Origin: Chryseobacterium gleum | Lineage (GTDB): Bacteria > Bacteroidota > Bacteroidia > Flavobacteriales > Flavobacteriaceae | DNA: 64,000 nucleotides | Direction: 5' to 3' | Assembly (NCBI GenBank): GCA_945881885.1 | Contig: CAMCVI010000002.1 | Span: 19,710 to 83,709, forward strand | Shown: positions 54,210-64,000 of the stretch, piece after piece | How the letters are laid out: the number at the start of each line of letters is the position of its first letter | Numbering within the stretch: position 1 is the stretch's first letter | Program-made: the position numbers and the translations under genes | The notes under the pieces: model-generated | Told to the model about the DNA's origin: nothing | The model's database searches: none | What the model saw: the letters and a program-made list of their open reading frames with translations, nothing else

Positions 54210-56639
54210 TTAAGAACCACACATTTCGCAATCTTCTGGACCTGCGTTTTTGGCCAATTCAATCATGGCGCTGTATTCTTCCGCAGACATGGTGTCGTTT
54301 ACTGGCTCTACAGCGGCTTCCACCACCTCTAATTGTTCTTTGGCTTGAATATTTTGTATGGGTTCTGCTTTTTTGTCGTTATTTAATGTGAATTTAATCG
54401 CATCAACGGCCGCTTTTGTTCGTAAATAATACATTCCAGTTTTTAAACCTGATTGCCAAGCGTAAAAGTGCATAGATGTTAATTTTGCATAATTTGCATT
54501 TTGCATAAATAAATTTAACGACTGTGACTGGTCTACGAAATAGCCACGGTGACGCGACATATCAATAATATCTTTCATAGACATTTCCCAAACCGTTTTG
54601 TATAATTCTTTCAAATCTTCAGGAATATTTAAATTTTGAACTGATCCGTTTTCACGCATTAATTCTTGTTTTAAATCTTCTGTCCACAAGCCTAATTTTA
54701 CTAAATCTTCTAGTAAATGTTTGTTTACCACAATAAACTCTCCAGACAACACTCTACGTGTGTAAATGTTTGAAGTATATGGTTCAAATGCTTCGTTATT
54801 ACCAAGAATTTGAGAAGTAGAGGCGGTAGGCATTGGTGCTACTAATAATGAATTACGTACTCCAAATTCCATCACTTCTTTTCTTAAGCTTGCCCAATCC
54901 CATCGACCAGACAAATCAGAATCTTGTATTCCCCAAAGGTTATATTGAAATTCTCCTTGAGAAATTGGAGAACCTTCAAAACTAGAATAAGGCCCTTCTT
55001 CTTTTGCCATTTCCATAGAAGCAGTTACTGCTGCAAAGTACATGGTTTCAAAGATTTCTTGGTTTAATGTTTTTGCTTCATCGCTGGTAAAAGGTAATCG
55101 CAACATAATGAAAGCATCAGCTAAACCTTGTACACCTAATCCAATTGGACGGTGACGCTTGTTAGAATTTTCCCCTTCAACAACTGGATAATAATTTCTA
55201 TCAATTACTTTATTTAAGTTTTTAGTTACACGTTTGGTAACGGTATAAAATAAATCGTGATTAAAAGCTCCATTTTCAACAAACATTGGAAGTGAAAGTG
55301 AGGCTAAATTACAAACAGCAATTTCATCTTTTGAAGTAAATTCCATAATTTCAGTACATAAATTCGACGATCGAATGGTACCTAAATTTTTCTGATTTGA
55401 TTTTCTGTTGGCTGCATCTTTGTACAACATATAAGGTGTTCCAGTTTCAATTTGCGATTCTAGAATTTTTTCCCATAATTCGTGTGCTTTTATTGTTTTT
55501 CTTCCTTTTCCGACTGCTTCGTAAGAGGTATAAAGTGCTTCAAATTCTTCACCATGAACATCGTATAAACCCGGACATTCATTTGGACACATTAATGTCC
55601 AAAGTCCGTCTTCTTGCACACGTTTCATGAATAAATCTGATGTCCACATCGCGAAAAACAAATCACGAGCACGCATTTCTTCTTTCCCTGTGTTCTTTTT
55701 TAAATCTAAGAAATCGAAAATATCGGCATGCCAAGTTTCAATGTAAATGGCAAAACTTCCTTTACGTTTTCCACCACCTTGATCTACATAACGCGCCGTA
55801 TCATTAAACACACGCAACATTGGAACAATTCCGTTAGACGTTCCGTTTGTACCACGAATATAGGAACCTGTTGCACGAACGTTGTGAATTGACAATCCAA
55901 TTCCACCCGCTGATTGTGAAATTTTAGCCGTTTGTTTTAAGGTATCGTAAATTCCATCAATACTATCATCTTGCATTGCCAAAAGGAAACAAGATGACAT
56001 TTGAGGTTTTGGCGTACCCGCATTAAATAAGGTTGGCGTAGCGTGTGTGAAGAATTTTTTCGACATTAAGTCGTAGGTTTCCAACACTGCTGGTAAATCG
56101 TTTAAGTGAATTCCTACAGAGACACGCATTAACATGTGTTGCGGACGTTCAACAATTTTACCATTAATTCTTAATAAATAAGAACGCTCCAAAGTTTTAA
56201 ATCCGAAATAATCGTAGTTAAAATCTCTGTTATATATGATATGAGAATTTAAATATTCTGCATTTTCTTGAATTACATTATGTACTTCTTCTGATAAAAG
56301 AGGTGCTGATTGATTGGTTCTTGGGTTTACATAATGATACATTTCACTCATCGTTTCCGAGAAGGATTTGTTGGTGTTTTTATGTAAATTAGAAATGGCG
56401 ATACGTGCTGCCAATTGTGCGTAATCTGGGTGAGCGATGGTCATTGAAGCGGCCGTTTCAGCTGCTAAGTTATCTAATTCTGAAGTAGTTACCCCGTCAT
56501 ATAATCCTTCAATAACTCGCATAGCTACTTTTACAGCATCTACTAAATCGTTTAAACCATAACACAGTTTTTTAATTCTATCTGTGATTTTGTCAAAACT
56601 TACTGGCTCTTTGTGGCCATCTCTTTTAATTACGTACAT
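54210..56639 (-). CDS. nrdA: Ribonucleoside-diphosphate reductase alpha subunit (class Ia)
   Basis: 809 aa; ATP-cone N-terminus [18 protein letters not shown]; SSNLCTEI active-site Cys region; C-terminal CEMCGS. Confidence 0.95.
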   Translation of the reverse strand: MYVIKRDGHKEPVSFDKITDRIKKLCYGLNDLVDAVKVAMRVIEGLYDGVTTSELDNLAAETAASMTIAHPDYAQLAARIAISNLHKNTNKSFSETMSEMYHYVNPRTNQSAPLLSEEVHNVIQENAEYLNSHIIYNRDFNYDYFGFKTLERSYLLRINGKIVERPQHMLMRVSVGIHLNDLPAVLETYDLMSKKFFTHATPTLFNAGTPKPQMSSCFLLAMQDDSIDGIYDTLKQTAKISQSAGGIGLSIHNVRATGSYIRGTNGTSNGIVPMLRVFNDTARYVDQGGGKRKGSFAIYIETWHADIFDFLDLKKNTGKEEMRARDLFFAMWTSDLFMKRVQEDGLWTLMCPNECPGLYDVHGEEFEALYTSYEAVGKGRKTIKAHELWEKILESQIETGTPYMLYKDAANRKSNQKNLGTIRSSNLCTEIMEFTSKDEIAVCNLASLSLPMFVENGAFNHDLFYTVTKRVTKNLNKVIDRNYYPVVEGENSNKRHRPIGLGVQGLADAFIMLRLPFTSDEAKTLNQEIFETMYFAAVTASMEMAKEEGPYSSFEGSPISQGEFQYNLWGIQDSDLSGRWDWASLRKEVMEFGVRNSLLVAPMPTASTSQILGNNEAFEPYTSNIYTRRVLSGEFIVVNKHLLEDLVKLGLWTEDLKQELMRENGSVQNLNIPEDLKELYKTVWEMSMKDIIDMSRHRGYFVDQSQSLNLFMQNANYAKLTSMHFYAWQSGLKTGMYYLRTKAAVDAIKFTLNNDKKAEPIQNIQAKEQLEVVEAAVEPVNDTMSAEEYSAMIELAKNAGPEDCEMCGS

Positions 56640-56801
56640 AGTTTTTGTTTTTTTGAAACAGTAAATCCCTTTACTGATTCGGGTTATTTGTAATACTTAT
56701 TTTTTACCTAAAATAAAGCATTTCACTTTTTTAAAAAGTGAGCATACGCATTTTTGGAAATTAAATAGCAGGATTTGGGAAATTCTGTATTATGAGTTTT
56801 T

Positions 56802-57779
56802 TTAAAAAGCAGCGTCAAAAGTAATTTTTTGTGCTTCTGTATCCGTATTCATTACACCTGCTTTTTGGTATTCGGCCACTTTTTTCTCAAAGAAATTGGT
56901 TTTTCCTTGTAGCGAAATCATATCCATAAAATCAAATGGATTTGAAGTATTGTACTCTCTATCGCATCCTAATTCTACTAATAATCTATCTGCTACAAAT
57001 TCTAAGTATTGTGTCATTAATCCGGCATTCATTCCAATTAATGAAACAGGTAACGATTCTGTAATAAATTCTCTTTCAATATTTAAAGCATCAACAATAA
57101 TGGTTCTGATACGATCTTTTGGAACTTTATTTACTAAATGATGGTTGTGTAAATGCACCGCAAAATCACAATGAACGCCTTCGTCACGAGAAATTAGTTC
57201 GTTAGAAAAGGTTAAACCTGGCATCAATCCACGTTTTTTCAACCAGTAAATAGAACAAAATGCTCCCGAGAAGAAAATACCTTCTACCGCTGCAAAAGCT
57301 ATTAAACGTTCTGCAAAAGAATCAGAATCAATCCATTTCAATGCCCAATCTGCCTTTTTCTTAATAGCTGGAAACACATCTAATGCATTAAATAATTCGT
57401 TTTTCTCTACCTCATCCTTTACATAAGTATCAATTAAAAGCGAGTAGGTTTCAGAATGGATATTTTCCATCATGATTTGAAAACCATAGAAAAATTTAGC
57501 TTCCGCATATTGCACTTCATTTACGAAATTTTCTGCTAAATTTTCATTCACAATACCGTCTGATGCAGCAAAAAATGCCAAAATATGTTTGATGAAGTAT
57601 TTTTCGTCTTGAGATAACTTATTGTTCCAGTCATTTAAATCTTGAGACAAATCAATTTCTTCAGCTGTCCAAAAACTGGCCTCCATTTTTTTGTACCATT
57701 CCCAAATATCGTGGTGTTTGATAGGAAAAATCACAAATCTGTTTTTGTTTTCTTGTAAAATTGGTTCAACGATTGACAT
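56802..57779 (-). CDS. nrdB: Ribonucleoside-diphosphate reductase beta subunit
   Basis: 325 aa; di-iron ligand regions ENIHSETY and SRDEGVH. Confidence 0.95.
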   Translation of the reverse strand: MSIVEPILQENKNRFVIFPIKHHDIWEWYKKMEASFWTAEEIDLSQDLNDWNNKLSQDEKYFIKHILAFFAASDGIVNENLAENFVNEVQYAEAKFFYGFQIMMENIHSETYSLLIDTYVKDEVEKNELFNALDVFPAIKKKADWALKWIDSDSFAERLIAFAAVEGIFFSGAFCSIYWLKKRGLMPGLTFSNELISRDEGVHCDFAVHLHNHHLVNKVPKDRIRTIIVDALNIEREFITESLPVSLIGMNAGLMTQYLEFVADRLLVELGCDREYNTSNPFDFMDMISLQGKTNFFEKKVAEYQKAGVMNTDTEAQKITFDAAF

Positions 57780-57866
57780 AAGTACCTAATTTAATATTTT
57801 TAGTTAGCTGTTTTCTTATTGTTATTAACTGTACAAAATTGAACAAATCAATTGAATAATAAAAGC

Positions 57867-57874
57867 CAAACTTA
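57867..57874 (-). promoter_or_regulatory. Candidate -7 box (TAAGTTTG on the minus strand) for nrdB
   Basis: Plus-strand CAAACTTA, 87 nt from the ATG at 57779. It is the only match in the 267-nt gap. Confidence 0.35.
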
Positions 57875-58046
57875 TTCACAATTTGAAGAAGTTTTTAACA
57901 ATCTTACTTAATTGTAAATTAAAAATATTTTTTATAAATATTTGATTTTCAGATTATTAAACAACGTTAAACAAAATAAAAAAAATGAGTTAACTAGCTG
58001 AAAACACAACTACTTAGACTATTTTTAAGATGTTTTTTTTAAGGAA

Positions 58047-58613
58047 TTATTTTTTTAAATCTTCTGCAACTTTTTCTAATTCTTCATACCATCCTATTCC
58101 AAATTTTCGCACTAGCGCCTCCTTTACAAATTTATACACCGGCACTTGTAATTCTGCTCCTAAAGCGCAAGCATCAGAGCAAATATGCCATTTGTGATAA
58201 TTTACCGCCGAAAATTCCGAATAATCTTTTACTCTGATAGGATATAGATGACACGAAACTGGTTTTTTCCAACTTATTTCGCCTTGATTGTAAGCTTGTT
58301 CAATACCACAAAGCGCCGTTTTTTTATCGAAAATTACATATGCACAATCTTTACCATCAATTAATGTAGTTTCTAATTCACCATCTGAACCAATAACATG
58401 TGTTCCTTGTGCTTCAATGGCTGCTATGCCTTCTTTTCGTAAAAATGGTTTTACTTTCGGATAAATATCGGCTAATATTTGAGTTTCTTCAATTGATAAT
58501 GGCGCACCAGCATCTCCATCCACACAACAAGCTCCTTTACAAGCAGATAAATTACAAACGAAGTCTTTTTCCAAAATTTCTTCGGAAACTATGGTTTTTT
58601 GAAGTTGAAACAT
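58047..58613 (-). CDS. DUF3109 family Cys-rich protein
   Basis: 188 aa; CNLSACKGACCVDGDAGAP motif. Confidence 0.8.
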   Translation of the reverse strand: MFQLQKTIVSEEILEKDFVCNLSACKGACCVDGDAGAPLSIEETQILADIYPKVKPFLRKEGIAAIEAQGTHVIGSDGELETTLIDGKDCAYVIFDKKTALCGIEQAYNQGEISWKKPVSCHLYPIRVKDYSEFSAVNYHKWHICSDACALGAELQVPVYKFVKEALVRKFGIGWYEELEKVAEDLKK

Positions 58614-58632
58614 ACATTTTTTGTTTAAAGTA

Positions 58633-58640
58633 CAAAGATA
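58633..58640 (-). promoter_or_regulatory. Candidate -7 box (TATCTTTG on the minus strand) for the DUF3109 gene
   Basis: Plus-strand CAAAGATA, 19 nt from the ATG at 58613. Confidence 0.45.
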
Positions 58641-58694
58641 GTAATTATAAATCTCAATTTTTAATTAACCAACCCGCCAATTGAAGTTTATACG

Positions 58695-58702
58695 TATCTT
58701 TG
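58695..58702 (+). promoter_or_regulatory. Candidate -7 box for the MarC-family gene
   Basis: TATCTTTG, 12 nt before the ATG at 58715. Confidence 0.5.
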
Positions 58703-58714
58703 TAAAAAACAATT

Positions 58715-59287
58715 ATGATTGACTGGAAAGAAGTTTTTACCATTTCGATGATATTATTTGCTGTAATTGATATTTTAGGAAGTATTCCAATTATAGTAGA
58801 TTTACGAAGTAAAATTGGTCATATTCAATCCGAAAAAGCTACAATAGTTTCTGCAATTATTATGATAGCTTTTTTATTTGTTGGAGAAGAAATTTTGAAA
58901 TTAATTGGTATCGACGCCAATTCGTTTGCTGTTGCAGGTTCGTTTGTTTTGTTTTTCTTAGCATTAGAAATGATTTTGGGGGTACGATTATACAAAGAAG
59001 ACAATCCATCAACCGCTTCAATTGTACCAATTGCTTTTCCTTTAATTGCTGGCGCTGGAACTATGACAACTTTATTATCATTACGCGCCGCCTATGATAA
59101 AATTAATATCATTATTGCCATTTTAATCAACGTTATTTTGGTGTATGCCGTGTTAAAATCGTCTGGAAAAATTGAAAAATTATTAGGCGTTAACGGATTG
59201 GGTATTATTAGAAAAGTTTTTGGCGTAATATTGCTAGCCATTTCTATAAAGTTATTTGCCGCAAACGTAAAAGGATTATTTATATAA
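58715..59287 (+). CDS. MarC family (UPF0056) integral membrane protein
   Basis: 190 aa; six hydrophobic segments; IVPIAFPLIAGAGTM motif. Confidence 0.85.
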   Translation: MIDWKEVFTISMILFAVIDILGSIPIIVDLRSKIGHIQSEKATIVSAIIMIAFLFVGEEILKLIGIDANSFAVAGSFVLFFLALEMILGVRLYKEDNPSTASIVPIAFPLIAGAGTMTTLLSLRAAYDKINIIIAILINVILVYAVLKSSGKIEKLLGVNGLGIIRKVFGVILLAISIKLFAANVKGLFI

Positions 59288-59304
59288 ATTTAAAAAACCA
59301 AAAA

Positions 59305-59499
59305 ATGAAAATATTTACCTATATTATCATTGCTTTATCATTAATTACGATTGTTTTTAATGCTACAAAAATTGATTTCGAAAAACCATTTGAAGGGGAA
59401 AACACAATTGCATTAATTGGAATTATAGCCTCGTTTTGTGCTATCCTTATAGTAACACTTTTTAGAGTTGCCAAAAAAGTAGTGGAACAAACGAAATAG
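59305..59499 (+). CDS. Hypothetical small membrane protein
   Basis: 64 aa; two hydrophobic segments; 17 nt after the MarC-family gene. Coding status is not otherwise supported. Confidence 0.4.
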   Translation: MKIFTYIIIALSLITIVFNATKIDFEKPFEGENTIALIGIIASFCAILIVTLFRVAKKVVEQTK

Positions 59500-59502
59500 A
59501 AT

Positions 59503-61095
59503 TTACTTTTGCTTTGCTAACACTTGAGTAATCATTTTGTCTCGTGGAAGTACAATTTGATAATAGGAAGTATCGTTGAATAATTGTTTAGAAAATTCGG
59601 CATATAAATACGTTAGCACTTGTTCTTTTTGAAAGGAAATATTAAAAAGCAAACCATTGGAAGTTAAGTATTCTTTAAATTGAATGAAATATTTGTCGTT
59701 TTTAAACAATTCTTTTTTCAGTTGTATTGGGTTCATTTTACTAAAAAAAGATCGATTTTCATCTAATTTTTCAAAAGCATAATAACTCATAATATCAGAT
59801 TGCAGCAATAAGGACAAACCTTCTTTGCTATGGTTTTTTTCAATTGGCACAAAAACATCAGGAATAATGCCGCCGCCACCATAAACAATTCTGCCTTTTT
59901 TAGTTTTAAATTTTAAACTATCGGCAACTTTAATGCTGTCTGCTTCGTACAATTCGCCATTTAAAAAACGTTTTTCAAATTCGTTAAAATATTTTTCGCC
60001 TTTGTCTTCATAGGGTTTTTGAATGCTTCTTCCAGATGGCGTAAAGTATCTTGCAATAGTTAATCGCACTGCAGAACCATCATTCATTTTCATTTCGCGT
60101 TGCACCAATCCTTTTCCGAAAGAGCGACGACCAATTATAGTACCTCTGTCGTTATCCTGAATAGCGCCAGCAAAAATCTCACTAGCCGAAGCACTATTTT
60201 CATCAATTAACACATACAAACGTCCAGTTTCAAAAATACCTTTTGAAGTAGCGTAAGATATATCTAAATTTCCTTTTTTATTTTTGGTTTTAACGATTAC
60301 TTGCTTGTCTTTTAAAAATTCATCGGCCATAGCGACAGCCATTTCCAGGTAACCGCCACTATTTTCTCTTAAATCAATAATTACCTCTTTAATTCTTTGC
60401 TTTTTTAAAGAAACTAAGGCGTTATGAAATTCATTAAATGTAGTTTCGGCAAATCTATTTACCTTAATATAACCCGTTTTATCATTAATTTTTGTTGCTA
60501 CATCTATACTTTTTACAGGAACTAAATTTCTAACAATTGTTACTTTAAATTTTTTATTTTCAGATTTCCTATACACTACTAAATTAACAGGTGTATCGAT
60601 TTTCCCTTTTAGAATAGGAAATAAATTTTCTGATTGGTATTTTTTATTGAAAAGTTGCTTGTTATTGGCAAATAAAATTCTATCACCTGATTGAATACCA
60701 GCTCTTGCTGAAGGTCCGTTTGGAATGGGTTTTATAACCGTTAACGTGTCTTTATACATGTAAAAATTCACACCAATGCCTACAAAATTGCCGTCCATAC
60801 TTTCATTTACTGCGGCCAATTGTTCTTTTGGAATGTAAACAGAATGTGGATCGAGATTTTCTAAAATTCCGGAAACTGTTAAATCTACTATAGAATCGGT
60901 ATTAATTTTATCTACATATTCCGTATCAATAAAATCAATTAGTTGATTTAATTTTAATTTTCCTTTTGTTTTATCACCAATATTTACTTGATTTAACGCA
61001 TCTAATTTGCTGCCCAAAAGCAATCCACCTGCAAAAGATAGAGCGATGATAATAGGAATAAAAATGTAGTATTTATTTTGTTTTTTAAGCATCAA
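59503..61095 (-). CDS. S41 family C-terminal processing peptidase
   Basis: 530 aa; N-terminal TM, PDZ region, NSASASEIFAGA (Ser) and GKGLVQ motifs. Confidence 0.9.
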   Translation of the reverse strand: MMLKKQNKYYIFIPIIIALSFAGGLLLGSKLDALNQVNIGDKTKGKLKLNQLIDFIDTEYVDKINTDSIVDLTVSGILENLDPHSVYIPKEQLAAVNESMDGNFVGIGVNFYMYKDTLTVIKPIPNGPSARAGIQSGDRILFANNKQLFNKKYQSENLFPILKGKIDTPVNLVVYRKSENKKFKVTIVRNLVPVKSIDVATKINDKTGYIKVNRFAETTFNEFHNALVSLKKQRIKEVIIDLRENSGGYLEMAVAMADEFLKDKQVIVKTKNKKGNLDISYATSKGIFETGRLYVLIDENSASASEIFAGAIQDNDRGTIIGRRSFGKGLVQREMKMNDGSAVRLTIARYFTPSGRSIQKPYEDKGEKYFNEFEKRFLNGELYEADSIKVADSLKFKTKKGRIVYGGGGIIPDVFVPIEKNHSKEGLSLLLQSDIMSYYAFEKLDENRSFFSKMNPIQLKKELFKNDKYFIQFKEYLTSNGLLFNISFQKEQVLTYLYAEFSKQLFNDTSYYQIVLPRDKMITQVLAKQK

Positions 61096-61516
61096 TTTCT
61101 TGTAAATGTTCCGCTTCTACACCAGCTTTTCTCAAAAAATCTACACCCGAAGTATCTTTATATTCGTTTAAATACACCACGCGTTTTATGCCAGATTGAT
61201 GAATCAATTTACTACATTCTTTACAAGGCGAAAGCGTAATATACAACGTAGCACCTTCACAAGATTGTGTAGAACGGGCTACTTTTAAAATCGCATTTGC
61301 CTCTGCGTGAAGCACATACCACTTTGTTAGGTTTTCTTCATCTTCACAACAATTTTCAAAGCCGCTTGGAGTGCCATTGTAGCCGTCAGAAATTATCATT
61401 TTATCTCTAACAATTATGGCGCCAACTTGTTTGCGTTTGCAATAAGATAACTTTCCCCATTCAGTAGCCATGCGTAAATAAGCTAAATCGTATTTTAATT
61501 TTTTCTTTTCTTTCAT
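61085..61516 (-). CDS. Deoxycytidylate (dCMP) deaminase
   Basis: 143 aa; HAEANA and PCKECSKLI zinc motifs. Overlaps the S41 gene start by 11 nt. Confidence 0.9.
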   Translation of the reverse strand: MKEKKKLKYDLAYLRMATEWGKLSYCKRKQVGAIIVRDKMIISDGYNGTPSGFENCCEDEENLTKWYVLHAEANAILKVARSTQSCEGATLYITLSPCKECSKLIHQSGIKRVVYLNEYKDTSGVDFLRKAGVEAEHLQEIDA

Positions 61517-61559
61517 TGTTTAGGTGAAGGGTTTAGGGTAAAAGGGAAAAGGTACCGTT

Positions 61560-62150
61560 TTACTTAAAAAATTCGCTTTCTAAAATCATTGGTAAAATTA
61601 CACCAATTATACATCCTGACAAAACCAAAGCCCAATCTCTTTTAGAAAAACGGAAAAAAGTTTGAAGGATATAGGTGAAAAGCAATACTGCAAAAACTAC
61701 TATTAGTTGAGCGGCCTCGATTCCTAAGGCAAATTCTAATAAAGGAACTACCTTTGACATTCCAGAACCTACCATTATTGTATTAAAATAATTAGAAAAA
61801 CCTAGGCCGTGAATTAATCCGAAGCACACAGTAATAATAGCTACAAAAGTTATAGTGTCTTTTTTTGTCGTTTTACCTGCGGTGAATAAATGAAACAAAG
61901 CAGTGATTAATATTGTAATAGGAATAAGGAATTCCACCAAAGTTACCGATATAGAAACTATCCCAAAAACAGATAAAATTAAGGCTAAAGTATGCCCTAA
62001 AGTAAACAAACTTACCAATAAAAACACGTGTTTCCAATCTTTAAACGTGTACGGAATTAGTAACGCAATTAGAAAAACGACATGATCATAAGCTGTGATA
62101 TCTAACACATGCTTTAATCCCATATTGAAATAGATTAAAAATTCTTGCAT
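61560..62150 (-). CDS. HupE/UreJ family membrane protein
   Basis: 196 aa; multiple TM segments; GLKHVLD...DHV N-terminal motif. Confidence 0.8.
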   Translation of the reverse strand: MQEFLIYFNMGLKHVLDITAYDHVVFLIALLIPYTFKDWKHVFLLVSLFTLGHTLALILSVFGIVSISVTLVEFLIPITILITALFHLFTAGKTTKKDTITFVAIITVCFGLIHGLGFSNYFNTIMVGSGMSKVVPLLEFALGIEAAQLIVVFAVLLFTYILQTFFRFSKRDWALVLSGCIIGVILPMILESEFFK

Positions 62151-62173
62151 AAAAGTAAATTTATAATGTTTTT

Positions 62174-62181
62174 CAAACTTA
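62174..62181 (-). promoter_or_regulatory. Candidate -7 box (TAAGTTTG on the minus strand) for the HupE/UreJ gene
   Basis: Plus-strand CAAACTTA, 23 nt from the ATG at 62150. Confidence 0.45.
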
Positions 62182-62197
62182 CAGAATTTTTAGGAAA

Positions 62198-62223
62198 TAA
62201 AAAAGCGACATTGCTGTCGCTTT
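62198..62223 (-). terminator. Rho-independent terminator of fbp
   Basis: AAAGCGACA-TTGC-TGTCGCTTT hairpin. The T-run on the minus strand is the plus-strand A-run. Confidence 0.8.
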
Positions 62224-62229
62224 GCGTTT

Positions 62230-63237
62230 TTATTTTGCTTGCTCCATAAATTCCTCGGCTTTTTCCACCATATTTTTAACCCCGCAGAAAAACGGTACGC
62301 GCTGGTGCAATTCGGTTGGAACAATTTCCATGGTTCTTCCAAAACCATCGGAAGATTTTCCTCCAGCTTGTTCTGCTAGAAAAGCCATCGGATTGCATTC
62401 ATATAACAACCGTAATTTTCCTTTTGGTGCTTTAGAACTTGTTGGATAAATATAAATTCCGCCTTTTATAATGTTTCTATGAAAATCGGATACTAAACTT
62501 CCAATGTATCTTGAGGTATATGGTCGGTCATTTTCTTCTGATTGGCAATATTTTATGTAATTTTTTACCCCTTGTGGAAAATGTACATAATTTCCTTCGT
62601 TGATAGAATAAATACTTCCATTTTCTGGAAATTTCATATTGGGATGCGACAAATAAAACGTACCAATAGCTGGGTTTAAAGTAAATCCGTTAACGCCACA
62701 ACCTGTTGTATACACTAACATTGTAGACGTACCGTAAATAACATAACCTGCCGCTACTTGATTGATTCCTGGTTGTAAAAAATCTTCTAAAGTTACGGGC
62801 GTGCCTATTGGTGTAATTCTTCTATATACTGAAAATATTGTTCCAACAGATACGTTTACATCAATATTTGAAGAACCGTCAAGCGGATCCATTAATACTA
62901 TATATTTGTTGTTGTGGCTGTTATCTGAACCTGCAACGGTTATAAAATCGTCGTTTTCTTCAGACGCAATTCCACATACAATTTCTCTATTTATCAATGT
63001 TTGAATAAATACTTCATTGGCATATACATCTAGTTTTTGTTGGTCTTCACCTTGAATATTTTGATCTCCTGCAGCACCTACAATATCTACCAAACCTGCT
63101 TTGTTAACTTTGTAGTTAACTACTTTTGCTGCCAAGCGGATGGAATTGATAATTCTGGATAATTCGCCGGACGAATATTGAAAGGCATTCTGGTTTTCGA
63201 TGATAAACTCACCTAAGGTTTTTGTGCTTTGTTCCAT
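62230..63237 (-). CDS. fbp: Class 1 fructose-1,6-bisphosphatase
   Basis: Start at [13 protein letters not shown] (the second Met of the ORF-track ORF); DPLDGSSN metal site; GKLRLLYE. Confidence 0.93.
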   Translation of the reverse strand: MEQSTKTLGEFIIENQNAFQYSSGELSRIINSIRLAAKVVNYKVNKAGLVDIVGAAGDQNIQGEDQQKLDVYANEVFIQTLINREIVCGIASEENDDFITVAGSDNSHNNKYIVLMDPLDGSSNIDVNVSVGTIFSVYRRITPIGTPVTLEDFLQPGINQVAAGYVIYGTSTMLVYTTGCGVNGFTLNPAIGTFYLSHPNMKFPENGSIYSINEGNYVHFPQGVKNYIKYCQSEENDRPYTSRYIGSLVSDFHRNIIKGGIYIYPTSSKAPKGKLRLLYECNPMAFLAEQAGGKSSDGFGRTMEIVPTELHQRVPFFCGVKNMVEKAEEFMEQAK

Positions 63238-63325
63238 TACGAAATCGATTGAGTTGAATTGTTGCACAAATATCGTTATTTTTGTGATAATCTGAAATTA
63301 ATTTAGAATGTTGTTTGTGGATGTG

Positions 63326-63333
63326 TATTTTTG
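63326..63333 (+). promoter_or_regulatory. Candidate -7 box for the GNAT gene
   Basis: TATTTTTG, 44 nt before the ATG at 63378. Confidence 0.45.
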
Positions 63334-63377
63334 CAAGAGAATATATAGAAAAACAGTTGTAAATAGCTTCAAAAAAA

Positions 63378-63863
63378 ATGATGATAAGAAAAGGTACACC
63401 CGAAGATATGCCAGAAGTTTTGGCTTTAATTACAGAATTAGCTATTTTTGAAAAAGAACCAACTGCGGTTGTGGTAACTGTAGAAAATTTAATAAGAGAT
63501 GGCTTTTCAGAAAACCCTTTATTTTACACTTTTGTGGCGGAAGTGCAAAATGAAATTATTGGTGTAGCTTTGTATTATTACAGATTTTCAACTTGGAAAG
63601 GCAAAACCATTCATTTAGAAGATTTAATTGTAAAAGAAAAAAACAGGGGAATAGGCGCAGGATTTGCATTATATACTGAAATTATAAAACAAGGAAAAAA
63701 AGATAATGTACGACGAATAGAATGGAACGTGTTAGATTGGAACACACCAGCTATTGCATTTTACAAAAAAAGTGGAGCAACTGTTTTAAATGATTGGCGC
63801 GTGGTTCACATGGATGAAAAAGCAATAGAAACATTTATAAGCAAAATAGAAAAAAACAACTAA
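63378..63863 (+). CDS. GNAT family N-acetyltransferase
   Basis: 161 aa; LIVKEKNRGIGAGFALY acetyl-CoA motif. Confidence 0.85.
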   Translation: MMIRKGTPEDMPEVLALITELAIFEKEPTAVVVTVENLIRDGFSENPLFYTFVAEVQNEIIGVALYYYRFSTWKGKTIHLEDLIVKEKNRGIGAGFALYTEIIKQGKKDNVRRIEWNVLDWNTPAIAFYKKSGATVLNDWRVVHMDEKAIETFISKIEKNN

Positions 63864-63918
63864 CTATAAATATTATAAATTTTGAATTTTGGAATTTTAA
63901 TATTGTATATTACACATT

Positions 63919-64000
63919 ATGAAGATATTTAAATTTGGTGGCGCTTCTGTAAAAGATGCCGCAGGAATAAAAAACGTATTTAATGTATTACAAACCGTAG
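63919..64000 (+). CDS. Aspartate kinase, N-terminal fragment (continues beyond window)
   Basis: MKIFKFGGASVKDAAGIKNV matches the KFGG(T/A)SV kinase N-terminus. Confidence 0.7.
   Translation, partial: MKIFKFGGASVKDAAGIKNVFNVLQTV

Noticed and set aside
56640-56801. The 162-nt nrdB-nrdA spacer hairpins (TCACTTTTTT/AAAAAGTGA about 56724..56745; CAGTAAA/TTTACTG 56659..56676) as an attenuator.
   Set aside because: The stems are short and A/T-rich, which is expected by chance in this composition. There is no supporting conserved motif, so I did not list them as features.
57780-58046. Cobalamin riboswitch or NrdR boxes in the 267-nt region upstream of nrdB.
   Set aside because: The region is extremely A/T-rich, with no B12-box-like G+C-rich core. 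Only one ACACAA half-site (about 58004) is present, and there is no 16-bp palindromic pair at helical spacing.
1-64000. I looked for a novel multi-gene system (defence island, CRISPR array, prophage, transposon, integrative element, toxin-antitoxin pair).
   Set aside because: I saw no repeat-spacer array, transposase, integrase, recombinase, nuclease/helicase/ATPase defence-type ORFs or long inverted terminal repeats. Almost every ORF over 100 aa has a recognisable housekeeping or envelope family signature, and gene density and composition look uniform.

Overview
This is an AT-rich chromosomal segment (roughly one-third G+C by eye) that looks like a Flavobacteriia (Bacteroidota) genome. Supporting signs are gldB-gldC next to nadE, a T9SS plug-like protein, a T9SS type-B-sorted adhesin, S46/S41/M1/M23 peptidases, TAnnTTTG -7 promoter boxes and no Shine-Dalgarno signal. 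I annotate about 60 densely packed protein genes on both strands. There are four tRNA genes: two identical tandem tRNA-Gly(TCC), one tRNA-Gly(GCC) and one tRNA-Leu(TAA). I also list 13 hairpin/T-run terminators and about 25 candidate promoters. The content is overwhelmingly housekeeping (gpmI, rlmN, dnaG, nadE, map, pruA, sppA, mutS, waaA, galE, fabD, purT, rsmG, dgt, nrdAB, fbp). I see no CRISPR array, transposase or integrase, phage gene, toxin-antitoxin pair or recognisable defence gene. I cannot defend a claim of a novel multi-gene system in this window. The observations worth a second look are: (1) rlmN and a TrmH-family methyltransferase gene share a look-alike ~110-nt leaderless promoter region built around a 14-nt word, AATTGGCAnATTGA, which also occurs in the ECF sigma leader. 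(2) Short tandem word duplications sit in many 5' leaders. (3) An isolated G+C-richer structured repeat lies upstream of purT. (4) A homopolymer frameshift splits a DUF5916/CBM9-like gene. (5) HPPK and deoxynucleoside kinase are fused in one ORF. (6) A T9SS-sorted surface protein carries a C-type lectin domain with canonical EPN/WND motifs. (7) A tight four-gene secreted operon has two TTG-initiated paralogs, a DUF6702-like gene and an M1 peptidase. (8) The tRNA-Leu acceptor stem has three G.U pairs. All family assignments come from reading the translations and recalling motifs; no database search was run.
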